Source of the DNA: Perna viridis | Taxonomy: Eukaryota | Length of the DNA: 64,000 nucleotides | NCBI GenBank assembly: GCA_037379345.1 | Contig: CM074512.1 | Coordinates: forward strand, 32,488,001-32,552,000 | Direction of reading: 5' to 3' | Part shown: positions 58,401 through 64,000 of the stretch, piece by piece | Numbering within the stretch: position 1 is the stretch's first letter | How the letters are laid out: the number at the start of each line of letters is the position of its first letter | Program-made: the position numbers and the translations under genes | The notes under the pieces: model-generated | Seen by the model: only the letters and a program-made list of their open reading frames with translations | What the model was told of the DNA's origin: nothing | Database searches by the model: none

Positions 58401-61400
58401 AGGTATGCCCTTAAAAAAGACCAATTTATTAGGGGATGACCATTTAATTAAGATGGAGCTTAAAAGAATTGTAAAGTAGATATTTTTGCACCAACATTTT
58501 TGAAATTGAATAATTTGACCTTTCAAGTGGGAGAAAAACATGTTTTTGATCCTTTCTAATCACTCTGATCTTAATGTTATGCTTTTACGTAAAAGAAAAC
58601 AATTTGACTACATGTATGTAAAATACAAATATCTGAGCCGTTGACATTGTCAAAATAAATTTTTTTAGCCAAATGAATCTACCAGGCTTCACTCAATATC
58701 AAATAGCTGTCCTTTTATTTTGCAGTATATCGATAAATGTGCACATATGATTGAGTTGATTTTGACCCTGTTGATAGTTAAGCACTGGCCTTATGCTGCA
58801 ATAAATAAGAAATACTAGTTACATGATTTATACATGTACATGCACTGGTACATGTGCATTTTGTATATGTAAATAGATGTGCAAACTAGCTTACTTCATT
58901 CATTTGATATTTTCAAATACCAGTTCAAAGAATAATCTTAACCCCTTAAAACAGTTTGTAGGGTGCAGTGTACAGACATAAAGGGTTAAAGTCTTTAAGA
59001 AATGTGAAAATTAAGGCAAGTTCTTGTGTGAATTGGTAACCTTAAGGCCATCAAGTCAACAAAAAAAAATTTATATGGAATTAAGAGTATTATTTACCAT
59101 GGTATTTCCCTTTTCTCTTTGTTGATTATTATGTTTGGAAGTTGTTGTCTTTCGCCAGCATAAACCTACATGAATCAAAGTTTTGAAGGAACATGTAAGA
59201 GGAAGACCAGGCAGTGGTTGGCACATGCCAAATTTTGTTTTCAAAACATTTTCATCACAAACCCATGTTTTCTAAGAAATGAATGTTGGTTTGTAATTAC
59301 TGAATTGGTAAGAACAACATAAATTGCCAACTTTTTAAATAAGTTTTAATCTACAGAATGTCATGTAAGTTGATACTCAGCTGTTATTTGTCTTTTATAG
59401 CTGGAGGCAGGATTTAAGGAAGGTCTAGAACATGCTTTGAATCAATATGGAAATGATTCTGATATCACCATGGGGATGGATGATCTCCAGAGAAAGGTAG
59501 GCTGATGAATTCTGGGGAATCTTTAAGGCTAAGCTAAATAATATCTGTTTCTTTTTTACCCAAAACTTTTTGTTGGGAAAAAAATGTGTAATATCAAAAC
59601 CAGATTTTCAGTAAATATTATGCTATTTATAATAATAATAATAACAATAATAATAGTACTAAACACTTGAATAATATGGTTTGAGAAAACAGTGTGTTGC
59701 CTATTCAACCTTACTTTTAAAAAATTCAATTTTTAATTAAAAGAAAACACACACACATAGTTTACTTTAACCTAAGAATATTATGATGCCATACATGATT
59801 AAAAGTTTCAAGATTACAACATAGTAAATGTAATCATGACAGAAAGAAACAGTAATAACGATAATAATATAACAAGTACTATAAAGGCAGAAATTTGTGT
59901 TTATTTTGTGGGTAGAACAGACCAACAAAAATCAGTCCCCATGAAAATTTATCTCCAAAAGTTTATTTTAATCTTAAATAAAAATATTTTGATTCAAATG
60001 CACTTATACTTATACTTAAACAAATGTATGTAAATAAAATCAATAATCCTAATCATTCCCTTAAAAAACACAGCTGTAATTTACTTCACTTATGTGTGTG
60101 TGGTAGAGGTGTGTAGTACACAATAATTGGAGTGCCAGGCAGTCCTCAAGCCCTTTGTCATTTAATAAACATATATTAAAAGATCATTTACACATGTGAA
60201 AACAGTTATCTCCAATTCTTTGATCCACTTGATGAGCTATTTCATTAAGTCAAAACGTAAATAAATGAGCTTGGCTTATTCAAAATATCTTTTTCATTAA
60301 CTGTGAACAGTCAATTACTGGTCCAAATTAATATTGGGAAAACAAGAGAAACTACCTGTTATTTTGTACAAACTTTGTTTAAGAAAAAATTTTTGATGGA
60401 CAAAATATGATTTGGATTAATTTTATTAAAATCCATATTTGATAACTGTGGATTGTCATACATTTGGGATACACACTGTCACAAAATTTTGTCAGTAATA
60501 CGTGGCTTTATAACACTGTCAAACAAAAACTGACTGATCAATTTAATCAGTCATGGAATTCCCAAGTTCAGAACTCACCGAAGGCACTAAATTATCAAAT
60601 TTTTAAAGAAAAGTTTGAGTTCAAACACTATTTGAAAGTTTTAGATCATAAAAAGGCGATCAGACTTTGTAGATTTAGAACTACAAATCATAACTTGCCG
60701 ATTGAATATGGCAGATAGGGAAATATCAATCGAAATGACAGAAAATGCTTTTTATGTAACTCTCATGACATTGGTGATGAGTTTCATTACCTCTTTGAAT
60801 AATTTGAAATTTAGATTTAGATCATGTCCAAATATTCTTGTTATGAGAGATATAATGCAAACTAAGAACGTCTTGGATCTTAGTAAATTATATAAATTAA
60901 TTAATGCTATAATTAAAAAGTTGAATTCTCCAGGGTAATAAATATGTTTAATAATGAAACATTTTGATGTACATTAGTAATGATTTCATACACTGTGTCG
61001 TAACCTTTTGTACTGATATTCCTAATTATGTTGTATTACATATCATATATTTTGCCATTAGTGCTACATTGTAATGTTAACTGTCTCTGTACCACTGTAA
61101 AGAGGTTTATTGAGAAATAAAGATATATAGCCAAAAAAAAAAAACGGTGTCCTGCAGACGTCATTGTTTTAGTGACACCCTTGATTTGCAAGTAGTGGAA
61201 ACGTGAATATTTGAGCTGAATGGTTTCAATATTGTATAATAATAATTAATAAATTGCTGTCAAAAACATGGTATCAGCAAAAAGTACTTTATTCAAAAGT
61301 TTCTCCCATCTGCCTTGCCAAGTGGGAGTGGAAACTGTGCAGTTTTTACGGAAGAATAGAGACTCTACAGCAAACCAGAAAGCTTGAATCAGAAGTGCGA

Positions 61401-64000
61401 TCTCATTAAAAAAATAATCAATGAAAATTTGTCCCAATAAAATCAGTTTCAAACACAAAACAATGAAATATTATGCCCACGAAAATAAATGATTATATGA
61501 GTTTCACTTGTTTTTTTTTTTTTTTTTATTTTGATTTAAGATAGAAGTAGAAATATAGAAAAATAAACAAGAGGTAAGCCCAAGTATTGATGAAGAACAA
61601 GTCTCTCAAAGGAACCTACTAAGTATATATTATGCTGAGAAAAATAAAGAGCACGAAACCAGTTAGAAGTCAGGGGAGGGGGATGTTTTGATGGAGTTAT
61701 ATCAATACATACGTTCACTTGATTTTTTAAGGTAAACAATTAATGTAATGGGTTATACAGAGTTAGGTGTTTGTATAGTTAGAATGTCGATGATGAATAC
61801 TGATCTATGGATATTTCTTAATTGTATACAGTTGGAATGTTGTGGAATGAACAGCTACACAGACTGGTTCACTACTGGATGGACTGGTACCCCTAACAGC
61901 GTCCCCACTTCCTGTTGCAAGGATGAAAAGTCAACATGTAAACATACAAACCTACCTAATGCCCCTGATGCCAATAAAACCATGGAAATCAACACTAAGG
62001 TTAGTTTATATATGCCCTTATTTTGGTAGATGTTATATGGTATACTGATGTCAGCTTTCTGTTTGTCCATATCTCCACAAGCATACAATACCACACACTT
62101 TTTGAGGGTTTCAAAAATTTTTTTTTGAGTATGTTTGTCGCTATGGAAAAAGTTTCACATGATTCTTTTCAAATTTGAAGGACTGTATAAATCATAAAAA
62201 ATCTGATGGGTGTATCATGTTGTAAAGGACAGCTATGGAAGATTTTTTTTGTGAATTAAGTTGTACTTTTTGATGATCCATGATGTTTTTATGAAGTTTT
62301 TATATTACAGATGTGGGTGTCCTGTTGTTTTCACCTTGTCTTTCTCTCCATCTTCAACAATAAATAAAATGTCAAAAACTATTCACAGCACTTAATAGAA
62401 TTTGTACATGTTTTAATGACCATTTGAATCTATTTACATATTACATGTACATGTTAGTCCAAATAGATGAATATTTTTACACGTATATAGTATGACTGTC
62501 TAGTTCATTTTTATAGAGAGAACTAATACTGAGGTGTAATATAAATAATTACACCTTGATTATGTACTTCATGTGTGATGTATGTGATGTATAAGTATTA
62601 AAAATGTTCCATGTGTCAGTAAATGTATATTATAAAACCAAAGTTAAAGGATTTGGTAATTTATACTCTGTGAAACATATATATTTTGTTTTTAGAAACA
62701 AATGCCACTTCTAGTGGACCATAGGTTCCTAAAGCTATTCACCAGTCTAGTAGTCAGACTTGTCTGACCATAATTATTAATTATATCATATAATATTATA
62801 CCAAAGTTTGCACTATCTGAAAATTCAAAACCCTAAAAAACACTGTATCTTCTTTCCCTGCGTTGCATAAGTTTTTGGAGTTTGATTTGGTTCCTTATTT
62901 TAATGCCTTTGGTTTTTTTCTGATATACAATGTATTTATAGATGAATACCTTGCTATGTATAAGTTTTAATGCTGCTATTTACATGATTGATATTATGTT
63001 TGTAGGGATGTTATCATACAGTTTTAGACTTCATGCAAGGAAACATGGGATTGATAGGTGGAGTGGCACTCGGTTTTGCATTTCTACAGGTAGGAGTCAT
63101 GTTTAATCTGACTTATTTTTTTAAAATTCTTATTCAACCTAAAAACATTACTGAGGCTGATAGGAGTTGTCTTTCTTTTTTTTTTTCAAGATTTGAGTGT
63201 ATTTCGAACCATCCTTTTTCATAAACACTTGCTACAATCTCATTATTTCAATAAAAGTATGATTGTAGAAACTATATCAATATGGTTTTGGAGTACCTGA
63301 TTTGATTCTTCTTTGAAATACAATGGAAAAGTCTCGAAATTAAACATTTTATATGTATTTCTTTAAGCCAAACATAGATTTAGTTTGTTATTTGCTTTTG
63401 TTATTTGATCATGGCAGAGTTACTCCAAAGACCTTAAAAATGTAGTTACTGCTTCTCAGTCAGGCACCTTGCAGGTAGAGTGAGGATTGGGTAGCTCAGA
63501 GTCAGAATAATGTGTCTGAATGGAATATCATTCCTACCTGTAGGCTAGTGCTTCTGTTGCCTAGATCAATAAATGTAGAATAATAGTAACTTTTGATTTT
63601 TTTACTGACAATATCAAAATCAAAAACAGTTATAATTATTTTATCATAATCTAATATTTGCATATATTGATCATCTGTTGTAGCTTGATGTCATTTTCAT
63701 TCAAAACTCTAAAGAAGGTCTTATGATGTCACAAAAACACCCAAAATTTTGATGGATGACCATGTTATTTGATATCTTGTCATGTACAAGAGATAGAAAA
63801 ACATATGTCTACAAGAGCAAAGGATAAAAGTACAGAATAAATGAAAGTGCAGCTTGCTATGTGGGATAATTGATCATGCATACTCATCCTAAAATGTGTG
63901 TAATATCTAACTAAAACTACAATGTATCAATCAATCAATAATACTTGTTTCTATCTTTTCAGTTGTTTGGTGCTCTGTTTGCTTGCTGTCTTGCAAAGAA
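55463..64000 (+). CDS. TSPAN7: Tetraspanin, TSPAN6/7 subfamily; continues beyond window end
   Basis: Exons 55463-55552, 57690-57878, 58328-58402, 59401-59496, 61832-61999, 63006-63089, 63963->64000; all phase 0, GT-AG. Motifs CMKTLMMVFNFIFW, PYILIG, LGCC, LECCG..SYTDW..VPTSCC, GCY, NMGLIGGVALGFAFLQ, ACCLA. Confidence 0.93.
56055..56320 (-). mobile_element. Degenerate SINE-like repeat in tetraspanin intron 1
   Basis: (gatt)n tail followed by ggggtttaac..gctatattcag and gggttctttaacgtgc segments, which I associate with mollusc SINEs in reverse orientation. Pattern recognition only. Confidence 0.35.
60370..61125 (+). pseudogene. 5'-truncated LINE 3' end (RTE-X-like ORF2 C-terminus) in tetraspanin intron 4
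   Basis: WINFIKSIFDNCGLSYIW..LCRFRTTNHNLPIEYGR*..RKCFLC..IGDEFHYLF (zinc-knuckle-like C-terminus), then AATAAA at ~61115. Confidence 0.75.
63420..63570 (+). mobile_element. Degenerate SINE core (Meta-SINE-like)
   Basis: ccaaagaccttaaaaatg..tgcttctc..gctcagagtcagaataatgtgtctgaatgg resembles a common bivalve SINE core; heavily diverged. Confidence 0.4.

Overview
AT-rich animal genomic DNA with spliceosomal introns. The repeat landscape suggests a bivalve mollusc (Mytilus-like), which is inference only. Five host genes can be built by hand: (1) a ZNFX1-type SF1 helicase (minus strand, runs off the left edge); (2) a divergently transcribed 8-exon EPSTI1-like gene with a C-terminal CUE-like domain and a strong ISRE motif just upstream; (3) a 2-exon orphan coiled-coil gene; (4) a TspO/tryptophan-rich-sensory-like multi-pass membrane protein with a tandem E-box promoter; (5) a TSPAN6/7-type tetraspanin (runs off the right edge). 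The main object is a complete and apparently very young Ty3/Gypsy LTR retrotransposon at 41816-50756 (minus). It has 869-bp LTRs identical by eye, an ATAC TSD, a tRNA-Gln PBS, a PPT, gag, and pol reached by a UUUAAAC -1 frameshift. In the env position it carries a third ORF, a 224-aa SGNH/GDSL-hydrolase-like protein, flanked by splice signals that would give a subgenomic mRNA. It lands just downstream of an older decayed Gypsy whose own 3' accessory ORF starts with a C2H2 zinc finger. The rest is LINE relics, MITEs, Helentron-like elements, SINEs and tandem repeats. All calls were made by eye; no database search was run.
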